From Candidatus Levyibacteriota bacterium (GTDB lineage: Bacteria > Patescibacteriota > Microgenomatia > Levybacterales > UBA12049): a stretch of DNA of 64,000 nucleotides. Below the pieces are notes generated by a model that saw only the letters and a list, made by a program, of their open reading frames with translations, did not search any database and was not told the DNA's origin. This document shows, one piece after another, positions 1 to 8,428 of this stretch (position 1 is its first letter; each line of letters begins with the position of its first letter). The translations under genes were made by a program, and so were the position numbers. Where the stretch lies: positions 177,698 to 241,697 of the forward strand of contig JBPOIT010000005.1 of assembly GCA_052034235.1 (NCBI GenBank). The letters are read 5' to 3'.

Positions 1-1246
1 GTCTTGGGGAATTACTTCCAAAACGCGTTGCAACTAGCTGCGCAACTGCTGTGTGTGGATCCATAACATAATTTGTCTTTTTATAAATATGTTTTATATT
101 TTTCAGACTATCCTCATTTGAAACCCAATCCGCATAAAATTCTTTTTGCAAAATAGCTTTTGTCTTAGCATCAACAGTAAAGGATCCTGTTGATTTCAAA
201 TCATTCATCCACTCGTAGATTTTTTTTGTATCGCCTGACAACACGTATAATAGCCGTTCAATATTACTGGCGATCAGAATATCCATTGAAGGAGAAGGTG
301 TTTTTACCAGGTGACGGTTAGTAATATCGTAAGTACCAGTTCGTAGGAAATCAGTTAATACATTATTGGCATTTGAAGCACATACACATGTTTTAATTGG
401 TAAACCCATACGTTTGGCATAATAAGCTGCAAGAATATTACCAAAATTACCTGTAGGAACAACAACATCGATTTCATCACCGAGTTTAATAACTTTTTGA
501 CTTACGAGCTCTAGATAACCATGGAAAAAATAGACGATTTGTGGAAGTAGCCTCCCCCAATTTATTGAGTTTGCTGAAGAAAGTAAAATGTTTTTTTCTG
601 CTAGTTCTTGTCCAAACGATATATCGGCAAAAAGTTCTTTAACACTACGCTGACAATCATCAAAATCTCCTTTCAAAGCAATAACTGAAACATTATTCCC
701 CTCCTGTGTTACCATTTGGAGTTCCTGAAATTGTGATACCCGTCCTTCCGGATAAAAAACCATTATTGAGATCTTTTTTTTATTTTTATATCCTTCAAGC
801 GCAGCTTTACCGGTATCGCCTGATGTTGCTACCAAAATGAGATATTTATCTGTTTTGTTTTTTACTGCTTCAGAAAAAAAGTGCGGCATAAGCTGCAGAG
901 CCATGTCTTTAAATGCAAGTGTTGGCCCATGCCAAAGTTCAAGCATGTTTTGATTTTCTCGTAGTGGAATCACAGGCGCAATTTGTTTGGTATCAAAATT
1001 GTTTCCATATGCTTTATGCACGAGCTTTTTTATCGTTTGTGCTGTAAGATCTGTTTGAAATTCATTTAGAAGAAAAATAGCTTTTTCCTGATATGTTTTT
1101 CCCAAAAGCTGCCTCAGCTGTTGATTACTAATGTGAGGAATTTTTTCAGGCACAAACAATCCCCCATCTGGAGCAATACCTTTAATAATTGCGTTTGAAA
1201 AAGTAACATGTGTTTTGTTTCCTCTGGTGCTAATGTACTTAATCAT
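1..1246 (-). CDS. thrC: threonine synthase; the 3' end is truncated by the window edge
   Basis: Minus-strand ORF with ATG at 1246..1244, uninterrupted to position 1. Translation begins MIKYISTRGNKTHVTFSNAIIKGIAPDGGLFVPEKIP, which is typical of the threonine synthase N-terminus. Its ATG overlaps the stop of the upstream kinase gene (ATGA). Confidence 0.8.
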   Translation of the reverse strand, partial: MIKYISTRGNKTHVTFSNAIIKGIAPDGGLFVPEKIPHISNQQLRQLLGKTYQEKAIFLLNEFQTDLTAQTIKKLVHKAYGNNFDTKQIAPVIPLRENQNMLELWHGPTLAFKDMALQLMPHFFSEAVKNKTDKYLILVATSGDTGKAALEGYKNKKKISIMVFYPEGRVSQFQELQMVTQEGNNVSVIALKGDFDDCQRSVKELFADISFGQELAEKNILLSSANSINWGRLLPQIVYFFHGYLELVSQKVIKLGDEIDVVVPTGNFGNILAAYYAKRMGLPIKTCVCASNANNVLTDFLRTGTYDITNRHLVKTPSPSMDILIASNIERLLYVLSGDTKKIYEWMNDLKSTGSFTVDAKTKAILQKEFYADWVSNEDSLKNIKHIYKKTNYVMDPHTAVAQLVATRFGSNSPR

Positions 1247-1860
1247 GGTTTGAGTTCCTCTATTAACATCTCTGCAGTAAAACCAGCACCTCGTAAATGA
1301 TGATAGTCCAGTGTTTTGTCGGCGAGTTTTGCATACGCATCTAATCGATAAGCAAGCAAGTCTGCATAACATCTTTCAAGCGCCTGGCTTTCAGTCTCCT
1401 GTTCGTTTTTTTGGTACGCATTTCCCCAAATAATTGGCTTTGGGTTTTTAATAAACACTTCATACATTTGCTGTTGAACTGATTGTGGAGTATCCAAATA
1501 AAGAACGTGTGTTATATCTTTCAAGCGTTTTAAAATCACCAAATCTATATAAATAACACTGCCTGTCGTATCAATGACAACATCTTCATCAATATCATTT
1601 ACCTGCATCAGCAATGCTTCCATTACTTCATTTTCAAATTGCAAATATTTACGACTTGTTTGAGGGTATTGCGTATCAAACGGTTGCCCCATCCATTTAG
1701 CAACATCGTTAATACCTCTGTAACCAAGCTTTTGTAATTCATCCCCAAGCTTTTCTTCAATTATGTCATCAACAGAAAAAACTTGGAAATGTTTTTGGGC
1801 CAACTGTTTTGACCAATAACTCTTACCACTTCCCGACATGCCAATTAAAGAAAGTTTCAT
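1243..1860 (-). CDS. P-loop NMP-kinase-fold protein, shikimate-kinase-like; candidate non-orthologous homoserine kinase
   Basis: The start MKLSLIGMSGSGKSYWSKQLAQKHFQVFSVDDIIEEKLG aligns well with the AroK N-terminus (Walker A GxxGxGKS, then the D-rich strand). The GGG shikimate-binding motif is replaced by TTGS. Its ATG overlaps the asd stop (ATGA) and its stop overlaps the thrC ATG (ATGA). The track ORF 1243..1953 extends in frame into asd; MKLSL at 1860 is the likely start. Confidence 0.55.
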   Translation of the reverse strand: MKLSLIGMSGSGKSYWSKQLAQKHFQVFSVDDIIEEKLGDELQKLGYRGINDVAKWMGQPFDTQYPQTSRKYLQFENEVMEALLMQVNDIDEDVVIDTTGSVIYIDLVILKRLKDITHVLYLDTPQSVQQQMYEVFIKNPKPIIWGNAYQKNEQETESQALERCYADLLAYRLDAYAKLADKTLDYHHLRGAGFTAEMLIEELKP

Positions 1861-2954
1861 ATATAGCCTTTTTTTACTAGGAATTCTGCCATAAGGACAG
1901 CTCCGCCTGCCGCACCTCGGATAGTGTTGTGAGAAAGTGAAACAAAGCGCCAACCAAAATGTTTGTCCGGCTCAAGCCTTCCCATTGTTATACCCATACC
2001 ACTGGCATAATCGCGATCGATTTTAGTTTGAGGTCTGTTATCTTCTTCAAAATATTTGATAAGTTTTTTCGGAGCTGATGGAAGACGAAGCTGTGCAATT
2101 GGATTTTCAAAATGTTCAATTGCATCGAGAAGTTGTTTTTTTGTGACTTTTTTCCCAAACTTCACCCGAACAACTGCCATATGTCCATCCGAAACAGCAA
2201 CCCGTACACAAGTAGCTGAGATTGTTGGTTTTTCAGCAATTGTAAGTGTACCCTTTGTTACTTTCCCCCAAATTTTCAAAGGCTCCTTTTCTGACTTTTC
2301 TTCTTCTCCGCCAATATAAGGAATCACGTTCTCAACCATTTCAGGCCAGGTTTCAAAATTTTTTCCAGCTCCTGAAATTGCCTGCATGCTGGTAACTGAA
2401 GCCTCAATTGGCTGGAATTTCTTAAGTGCTGTTAGAATAGATACGTACGATTGAATTGAGCAGTTGGGTTTTACAGCGATAAAACCTCTTCCGAAACCAC
2501 GGTTTTTCTTTTGGATATCAATCAGTTTGACATGCTCAGGATTTATCTCCGGCATGAGCATCGGAATATCTTCCGTCCAGCGATGTGCAGAATTATTTGA
2601 AACGACAGGCACTCCGGCTGCAGCATACGCAAGTTCAAGTTTTTGAATCGCATCTTTTTCCATATCTAATGCACAAAATACAAAACCTGTCCCGACGTTA
2701 TCAGGATCAATCTGCTCTGTTACTTTTTCAATGTCAGTGACGACCTGAACCTTAAGCTTAGCTATGCTTTCAGGAACGTTTACCTCCATTTTCCAGCGGC
2801 CTTTTACCGCTTCTTTATACGATTTGCCGGAAGAACTAGGAGATGCCGCGACAACAACCACTTCAAACCACGGATGATCCGCAAGTAGTGTTACAAATCT
2901 TTGCCCTACCATACCGGTAGCGCCTAATATGCCAACTCGTATTTTCTTTTTCAT
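1857..2954 (-). CDS. asd: aspartate-semialdehyde dehydrogenase
   Basis: 365 aa. Has the N-terminal Rossmann motif GILGATGMVGQ and the active-site NCS motif (KPNCSIQS). Length and overall pattern fit ASADH. Lies inside the thr operon. Confidence 0.85.
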   Translation of the reverse strand: MKKKIRVGILGATGMVGQRFVTLLADHPWFEVVVVAASPSSSGKSYKEAVKGRWKMEVNVPESIAKLKVQVVTDIEKVTEQIDPDNVGTGFVFCALDMEKDAIQKLELAYAAAGVPVVSNNSAHRWTEDIPMLMPEINPEHVKLIDIQKKNRGFGRGFIAVKPNCSIQSYVSILTALKKFQPIEASVTSMQAISGAGKNFETWPEMVENVIPYIGGEEEKSEKEPLKIWGKVTKGTLTIAEKPTISATCVRVAVSDGHMAVVRVKFGKKVTKKQLLDAIEHFENPIAQLRLPSAPKKLIKYFEEDNRPQTKIDRDYASGMGITMGRLEPDKHFGWRFVSLSHNTIRGAAGGAVLMAEFLVKKGYI

Positions 2955-2957
2955 ACG

Positions 2958-3974
2958 TTATATTTTATCAAAAATTGTCGAGATATCTCCAAACACCCCA
3001 GCAGCTGTTACTTCTCCACCTGCACCAGGACCTTTCACTATCAACAGGTTATTCAGGTAACGCTTGGTTTTGAAAACGATAAGATTATCCGGACCAGACA
3101 AACTACCAATATCTGATGTTTTATCGACTGCAACGAGTCCAACTTTGCATCCTTTTTTGGTTACATTGGCGACAAATCTCAGTACTTTGCCTTCTGTTTT
3201 TGCCTTTGCAGCTTTTTCTTTATACGATTTATCCAGATCAGAAATTTGACTCAAAAATGCCTCAACAGAAAGTTTTTCCATGTTTTTAGGATATAACCCC
3301 TCAAGTTTGACATCTGCCATTTCAACTTCCAATCCCAAAAGACGCGCCAAAATAAGCGCTTTACGAGCAACGTCCACTCCAGATAAGTCATCACGAGGAT
3401 CTGGTTCGGTAAACCCTAATTTTTTTGCTTCCAAAACTGCCCTGGAGAATGATGCACCATTTTCAATTTGTGAGAAGAGAAAGCCAAGTGTACCACTGAA
3501 ACATCCCTGGATTTCCAATACATCATCACCTGTTGCGAGAAGCGTCTTAAGTGTTGAAATAACGGGCAAACCTGCACCGACACTTGTTTCGTAAAACAAT
3601 CTTTCCCCACCTACTTTATGAAGCATATCAAAATCTTTTTGAGAACTAGCAATCGGCTTTTTATTGGACATCGTGACATATCCTCCGCGCTTGAGAGCCT
3701 GTTTCATATACACCATCGTTTTATCAGAAGCTGTCGTATCGATAAGGACAAAAGGAAGCGGCATCGCATCTATGGCATCAGTAACAGTCATCTTGGAATT
3801 TGTTGAAACACGTTTTAACTCGCTTTTTGAAAGACCGGTTTTCTTAAATACACCTGACTTTGACGTAAAGACGCCGCAATAAACATACTGCTTTGGGGCA
3901 TGTTCTGTTATTTGCTCAATGAGCTTTCCGCCCACATTGCCTGCACCTAGTTGTAATAAAAAGAGTTTTTTCAT
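2958..3974 (-). CDS. hom: homoserine dehydrogenase
   Basis: 338 aa. Has N-terminal GAGNVGG, TEPDPRDDLSGVDVARKALILARL and C-terminal GPGAG motifs, which are characteristic of Hom. Confidence 0.85.
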   Translation of the reverse strand: MKKLFLLQLGAGNVGGKLIEQITEHAPKQYVYCGVFTSKSGVFKKTGLSKSELKRVSTNSKMTVTDAIDAMPLPFVLIDTTASDKTMVYMKQALKRGGYVTMSNKKPIASSQKDFDMLHKVGGERLFYETSVGAGLPVISTLKTLLATGDDVLEIQGCFSGTLGFLFSQIENGASFSRAVLEAKKLGFTEPDPRDDLSGVDVARKALILARLLGLEVEMADVKLEGLYPKNMEKLSVEAFLSQISDLDKSYKEKAAKAKTEGKVLRFVANVTKKGCKVGLVAVDKTSDIGSLSGPDNLIVFKTKRYLNNLLIVKGPGAGGEVTAAGVFGDISTIFDKI

Positions 3975-5371
3975 TGTGCTAATTTATAAGCGCTATGGAT
4001 AACTTGTACTGCAGATTTTACATCCGTGTCGGCAATCAAGCAAGTAATATTTCGCTCAGATGATCCCTGGGCAATCGCTCTGATGTTGATACCGTTTGAG
4101 CCAAGTGCTGAAAAGAGTTTTCCGGCAGTTCCTGGTTTGCCGCGCATTCCCTGTCCGACTGCCGCAACAATTGCAAGACCATCTTCTTTTTTTACTGTTT
4201 CAATATATTTATTCATCAGTTCAAGTGCAAATGCATCTTTTAACACCTGTACCGTCCGCTCTCCATCTACATGCGCAACAACAAAGGAAATATTAAATTC
4301 ACTTGAAGCTTGTGAGATAAAATGGACATTAATATCTGATGCTGCAAGTACGGTGAAGAGTTTGGCAGACACACCAGGAACACCAATCATACCTTTACCC
4401 TGAAGGGTGATAAGAGAGATACCTTCAAATGTTGAAATTGCTTTTATACCAGGACGTGTATCGTTTGGTTTCTTTTCAATTCTCGTTCCTTCAAATTCAG
4501 GACGAAACGTATTTTTTATAACAATTGGAATTTCCTTTAGTGCAGCAGGCACCATCGTTAATGGATGCAGGACTTTTGCTCCGAAGTACGAGAGTTCAGT
4601 TGCTTCGTTATACGAAAGTACCTCAATTGATTTTGCTTCTTTGACAATCCTCGGATCAGCAGTCATCACACCATCAACATCAGTCCAAATCCAAACTTCC
4701 GACGCATCAAGACAATTACCAAGTATGGTCGCACTGTAATCAGATCCACCTCGACCAAGAGTTGTTATAACTCCCTGTTTATTGGCACCGAGAAAACCGG
4801 TAATCACCGGAATTATTTTTTTCTTTACCAGTTTGGTAATGTACGGTTTTGTTTTTTCAGCAGACTCCGAAAGAAGTGGTTTGGCACTTCCAAAATCATC
4901 AGAGGTGACGATCAGCTCATTAGCTTCAACTGGCTGTGCTAGTTTGCCTTTTTTTTGTATTGCTGCCGCGACAAGATGGATACTCATGCGCTCACCAAAT
5001 GAAGTCACTAAATCCTGACTTCGTTTTGAAGCTTCAGCAAGTTCATGAATACTGTACAAAAGATTTTTAAGATGTTTGAAATGTTTATCAAGGATATCTC
5101 TATTTTCCTCATGCACTTTTGCCGGAAGAGCAAGATCTTCAAGAGTACTTCGATGCAAGGTATAAAGTTTTTCAAGTTGTTTATTAAGTTGAGGTTTCTT
5201 TCGCTCTGAGGCAAGTTTGGTACATTCAACAAGGAGATTGGTTGCTCCACTAACTGCTGAAACAACTACCACGACTTTCTTTTTTTTGGCTAATTTTGTC
5301 ACAATGTCAGCAACTTCGCTCATTCGAGCTGCGCTTCCGACAGAGGTGCCGCCAAATTTCATCACTATCAT
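3971..5371 (-). CDS. lysC: aspartate kinase
   Basis: 466 aa. Starts MKFGGTSVG and has the amino-acid kinase fold plus two C-terminal ACT-like repeats. Overlaps both neighbouring genes by 4 nt. Confidence 0.9.
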   Translation of the reverse strand: MIVMKFGGTSVGSAARMSEVADIVTKLAKKKKVVVVVSAVSGATNLLVECTKLASERKKPQLNKQLEKLYTLHRSTLEDLALPAKVHEENRDILDKHFKHLKNLLYSIHELAEASKRSQDLVTSFGERMSIHLVAAAIQKKGKLAQPVEANELIVTSDDFGSAKPLLSESAEKTKPYITKLVKKKIIPVITGFLGANKQGVITTLGRGGSDYSATILGNCLDASEVWIWTDVDGVMTADPRIVKEAKSIEVLSYNEATELSYFGAKVLHPLTMVPAALKEIPIVIKNTFRPEFEGTRIEKKPNDTRPGIKAISTFEGISLITLQGKGMIGVPGVSAKLFTVLAASDINVHFISQASSEFNISFVVAHVDGERTVQVLKDAFALELMNKYIETVKKEDGLAIVAAVGQGMRGKPGTAGKLFSALGSNGINIRAIAQGSSERNITCLIADTDVKSAVQVIHSAYKLAQ

Positions 5372-6609
5372 ATCAGGAAATTGTATACCAAATCGTCAGT
5401 GGTAATCTTTCGGTATTTGAGGCCGATTTTTTCCATTTTGCTAAGAAGTGGCTCGAGATCTTTTTTAAATTTCAACTCGATCCCGACAAGGGCTGGACCT
5501 TTTTCCCTGTTCGTTTTTTTTGTGTATTCAAAAAGCACAATATCATCACTTTGTCCAAGTGCCTTGTTAAGAAATTCTTTCAATTGCCCAGGTTTTTGTG
5601 CAAATTCGATCAAGAAATAATGTTTTAATCCTTTATAAACCAAACTTTTTTCAAGTACTTCTGGATAGCGCAAAATATCATTATTGCCTCCGCTTAGAAT
5701 ACAAACAACAGTTTTGCCTTTAATATTTGAAAGTTCATCAAGTGCTGATATGGAAAGTGCACCGGCAGGTTCGGCGATAATTCCTTCCTGCTGATACAAA
5801 TCAATCATCGTCGCACACACTTTTCCTTCTTCGGAAAGCAAGATGCCGTCGACCACTTCTGTTGCAATTTTATAGGTTAAATCCCCGACTGACTGCACAG
5901 CAGCTCCGTCTACAAAGGTGTCAATCGTATCAAGCGTCACAACTTGCTTTTTCTTCATCGATGCATGCATTGCCGGTGCACCTTTTGGTTCTACTCCAAC
6001 AACTTTAATTTTAGGAAGTTTTGCCTTAAGATACGTCCCGATACCAGAAATAAGTCCACCGCCGCCGATAGCTGCAACAACAACATCAACTTTGCCGTTC
6101 ATCTGCTCAAAAATTTCTTTGCCGACAGTTCCCTGTCCTGCGATAGTCAGCGGATCGTTAAAAGGATGGACATAAACAGCCTGTGTGGATTCACCAAATT
6201 CGTGCGCCGCATGTGATGCATCATCGTAGGTATGTCCGACGAGTTTGATTGTCACATACGATCCGCCAAACTGCCGCACTCGATCAATTTTTTGTAAAGG
6301 AGTGATTGCCGGCATAAAAATTGTGCCTTTTATTTTGAGTTTGGCACAACTGAACGCAACACCCTGTGCGTGATTACCTGCACTTGCACAGACAACTCCC
6401 TTCTTTTTTTCGTCAGGAGTCATATGGCACATTTTATTATACGCACCGCGAAGTTTAAATGATCTAACTACCTGCAGATCTTCCCGCTTCAAATAGATAT
6501 GTGCTCCATAAAGTTTTGAAAGCCTTTCTGAATATTGGATAGGTGTTTCTACAGCCACTTTACTGACACACTCATTAGCTTTTTCTATATCTTGTATTGT
6601 TACTTTCAT
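5368..6609 (-). CDS. ilvA: threonine dehydratase (threonine ammonia-lyase) with a C-terminal regulatory domain
   Basis: 413 aa. Has the PLP-lysine motif SFKLRGA and a glycine-rich loop GGGGL. The C-terminal ~90 aa resemble an ACT-like regulatory domain. This is the first gene of the operon. Confidence 0.75.
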   Translation of the reverse strand: MKVTIQDIEKANECVSKVAVETPIQYSERLSKLYGAHIYLKREDLQVVRSFKLRGAYNKMCHMTPDEKKKGVVCASAGNHAQGVAFSCAKLKIKGTIFMPAITPLQKIDRVRQFGGSYVTIKLVGHTYDDASHAAHEFGESTQAVYVHPFNDPLTIAGQGTVGKEIFEQMNGKVDVVVAAIGGGGLISGIGTYLKAKLPKIKVVGVEPKGAPAMHASMKKKQVVTLDTIDTFVDGAAVQSVGDLTYKIATEVVDGILLSEEGKVCATMIDLYQQEGIIAEPAGALSISALDELSNIKGKTVVCILSGGNNDILRYPEVLEKSLVYKGLKHYFLIEFAQKPGQLKEFLNKALGQSDDIVLFEYTKKTNREKGPALVGIELKFKKDLEPLLSKMEKIGLKYRKITTDDLVYNFLI

Positions 6610-6617
6610 ATTTTTTC

Positions 6618-6650
6618 AATTAAAAAAACAAAAAAACCGCCTTTCGGCGG
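6618..6650 (-). terminator. intrinsic terminator (attenuator) in the thr-operon leader
   Basis: On the minus strand there is a stem CCGCC-GAAA-GGCGG followed by the run TTTTTTTGTTTTTTT. It lies about 8 nt upstream of the ilvA ATG and downstream of the leader peptide. Confidence 0.6.
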
Positions 6651-6686
6651 GTCTTGGTATGTTAGCTCACACGTACCAATCCCACC

Positions 6687-6734
6687 CTAGGTGGTAATAA
6701 TGGTAATTGTAATGTTTGCGTTGTTAAAACTCAT
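6687..6734 (-). CDS. thrL: thr/ilv operon leader peptide MSFNNANITITIITT
   Basis: Minus-strand reading is ATG AGT TTT AAC AAC GCA AAC ATT ACA ATT ACC ATT ATT ACC ACC TAG. Eight consecutive Ile/Thr codons come just before the stop. The stop sits in the loop of a CCACC-TAG-GGTGG hairpin, and the terminator lies downstream. Confidence 0.55.
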   Translation of the reverse strand: MSFNNANITITIITT

Positions 6735-6743
6735 ATAAAAGTA

Positions 6744-6771
6744 ATTATATACCTCGACTGGTATTTGTCAA
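6744..6771 (-). promoter_or_regulatory. sigma70-like promoter of the thr operon
   Basis: On the minus strand there is TTGACA (6771..6766), a 16-nt spacer and TATAAT (6749..6744). The -10 box overlaps the TAA stop of the upstream DUF1361 gene. The leader-peptide ATG is only about 9 nt after the -10 box. Confidence 0.5.
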
Positions 6772-7404
6772 CCGCTCAGCACGCATAAAGCTTCTTATAA
6801 ATCGAATCACAGGATCTCTGAACAAGAAATAAAAGAAATTCCCAAACAAACCAAACATAATACTCACAATTGTCAATTCATCACTACTTAACACATTGAA
6901 AGCTGCACTGATAACAGTATCAGTTGCGCTGAAAACATCCCACGAATTAACCCGCTCAACTTTACCCATTACGATTGCAAAACCTATGATGAAATTGAGT
7001 GCAATAATGCTGGTTGAAACAAACTTGCGATGTCTTTTTTTAAACCTATGACGCAGCTCTTTTTCAAACGCATACATACCACAAATGTATGCAAGAAGGC
7101 CAATAACCTCCAAATGAAGATATTGCACAAGAAGCAGGAGACGTTCGCCAAAGGACGCAAGCGGCCATTGCCAAATCACATGCTCCATATCAGAAACGAT
7201 ATACAACGCGTTTGGGAAAAACAAAAGCCACAAAACAGCAAGCACAATTTTATAAAACCCATGATCTGCCTTAAAATACAGGTAAGCAAATGCTACGGGT
7301 AGCACAGCTAAAATTGCGTTCCAAAGCATCCACTGCGCATTAAAAGAAAGGACGTCCATGTATCTATGATAGCAAATCTCGAGAAGAGATCCAAAGACAT
7401 CCAT
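6745..7404 (-). CDS. polytopic membrane protein, DUF1361-like
   Basis: 219 aa with about five TM segments. Has a FFPNALYIVSDMEHV motif reminiscent of the DUF1361 family. Confidence 0.4.
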   Translation of the reverse strand: MDVFGSLLEICYHRYMDVLSFNAQWMLWNAILAVLPVAFAYLYFKADHGFYKIVLAVLWLLFFPNALYIVSDMEHVIWQWPLASFGERLLLLVQYLHLEVIGLLAYICGMYAFEKELRHRFKKRHRKFVSTSIIALNFIIGFAIVMGKVERVNSWDVFSATDTVISAAFNVLSSDELTIVSIMFGLFGNFFYFLFRDPVIRFIRSFMRAERLTNTSRGI

Positions 7405-7447
7405 ATCGCGCCTTTACCCAGTTGTCGAAAATGATTATAATAAAGCT

Positions 7448-8380
7448 GTGCTTATTATAACCGGATCTCTCGCTTACGATTACCTCATGCAATTTCCTGG
7501 AGCTTTTTCAGAACATATTTTGCCGGATAATACACACAACATCAATCTCTCATACATTGTGAATTCTTTTGACAAGCGTCGTGGCGGAACAGGCGGTAAC
7601 ATCAGTTATACACTTGGACTTTTAAAAACTCCTCATAAATTGTATGCCTATGCTGGTGACGATTTTGATGAATATAAGCAAGCTTTTGAAAAACTCGGTA
7701 TAGATTTAAGCGGTGTTCGGATTGATCAATCAGACCATACTGCAACAGGTTTTGCCTTGATGGATAAAAGTCAGAATCAAATTTGGGGCTTTTACTATGG
7801 TGCAGCTGCAAAAAGTGCAGAACTCAGACTTGAAGGTATGGCAACAAAAAGTGATTTACTTGTCGTTGGTCCACAAGGCGCTGCCGGTTCGATGTCATTT
7901 ATCAAACAAGCAATTGATTTAGAAATTCCATACCTTTTTGATCCTGGATTCATCTTGACCCAAGTAACCTCACAAGATTTAGAACTTGGGCTTTCCCATG
8001 CAAAATACGTTATCGGTAACGAATATGAAATAGAACTCATGAAAAAGCGCATCACAACCTGGGACACGATCATAAAAGACAAAATAATTATCACAACACT
8101 CGGAGAACGCGGAGCACAAATCAAAACACCGGATGCAGAATATTCTATCGCTCCGTCAATTGTTATGAATGTCTCTACAACAGCAGGCGCTGGTGATGCA
8201 TGGCGAGGAGGCTTTTTAGCAGGGCTTGAGCGCAATTTAGATTTACAGACTTCTGGACAAATTGGAGCTGTCGCAGCATCTTACGCAGTTGAATCAACAG
8301 GGACACAGGAACATTTATACACTCTCGATGAATTCATAGCCCGCTACAAATTAGCCTACAACCAAGACTTGGCCCTCTAG
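7448..8380 (+). CDS. PfkB-family sugar or nucleoside kinase (ribokinase/adenosine-kinase-like)
   Basis: 310 aa with a GTG start. Has the C-terminal AGAGDAWRGGF (DTxGAGD-type) motif and N-terminal GG dipeptide motifs of the ribokinase superfamily. Confidence 0.6.
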   Translation: MLIITGSLAYDYLMQFPGAFSEHILPDNTHNINLSYIVNSFDKRRGGTGGNISYTLGLLKTPHKLYAYAGDDFDEYKQAFEKLGIDLSGVRIDQSDHTATGFALMDKSQNQIWGFYYGAAAKSAELRLEGMATKSDLLVVGPQGAAGSMSFIKQAIDLEIPYLFDPGFILTQVTSQDLELGLSHAKYVIGNEYEIELMKKRITTWDTIIKDKIIITTLGERGAQIKTPDAEYSIAPSIVMNVSTTAGAGDAWRGGFLAGLERNLDLQTSGQIGAVAASYAVESTGTQEHLYTLDEFIARYKLAYNQDLAL

Positions 8381-8428
8381 ATATCCTTCATTGACAAAGC
8401 TCTGCTTTTTTGCGACGCTTTAATCGTT

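Noticed and set aside
2056-5628. Numerous 60-160-aa ORFs in the six-frame track on the strand opposite long genes (for example 2056..2319, 4026..4403, 11151..11639, 23310..23564, 30300..30587, 40043..40294, 57439..57687)
   Set aside because: These are shadow ORFs inside well-supported genes. They have low-complexity composition, no motifs, and overlap the coding frames of conserved proteins.
6610-6745. T-box or other riboswitch leader upstream of ilvA
   Set aside because: The leader is only about 125 nt and has no specifier or T-box elements. A short Ile/Thr-rich leader ORF plus terminator explains the region better.
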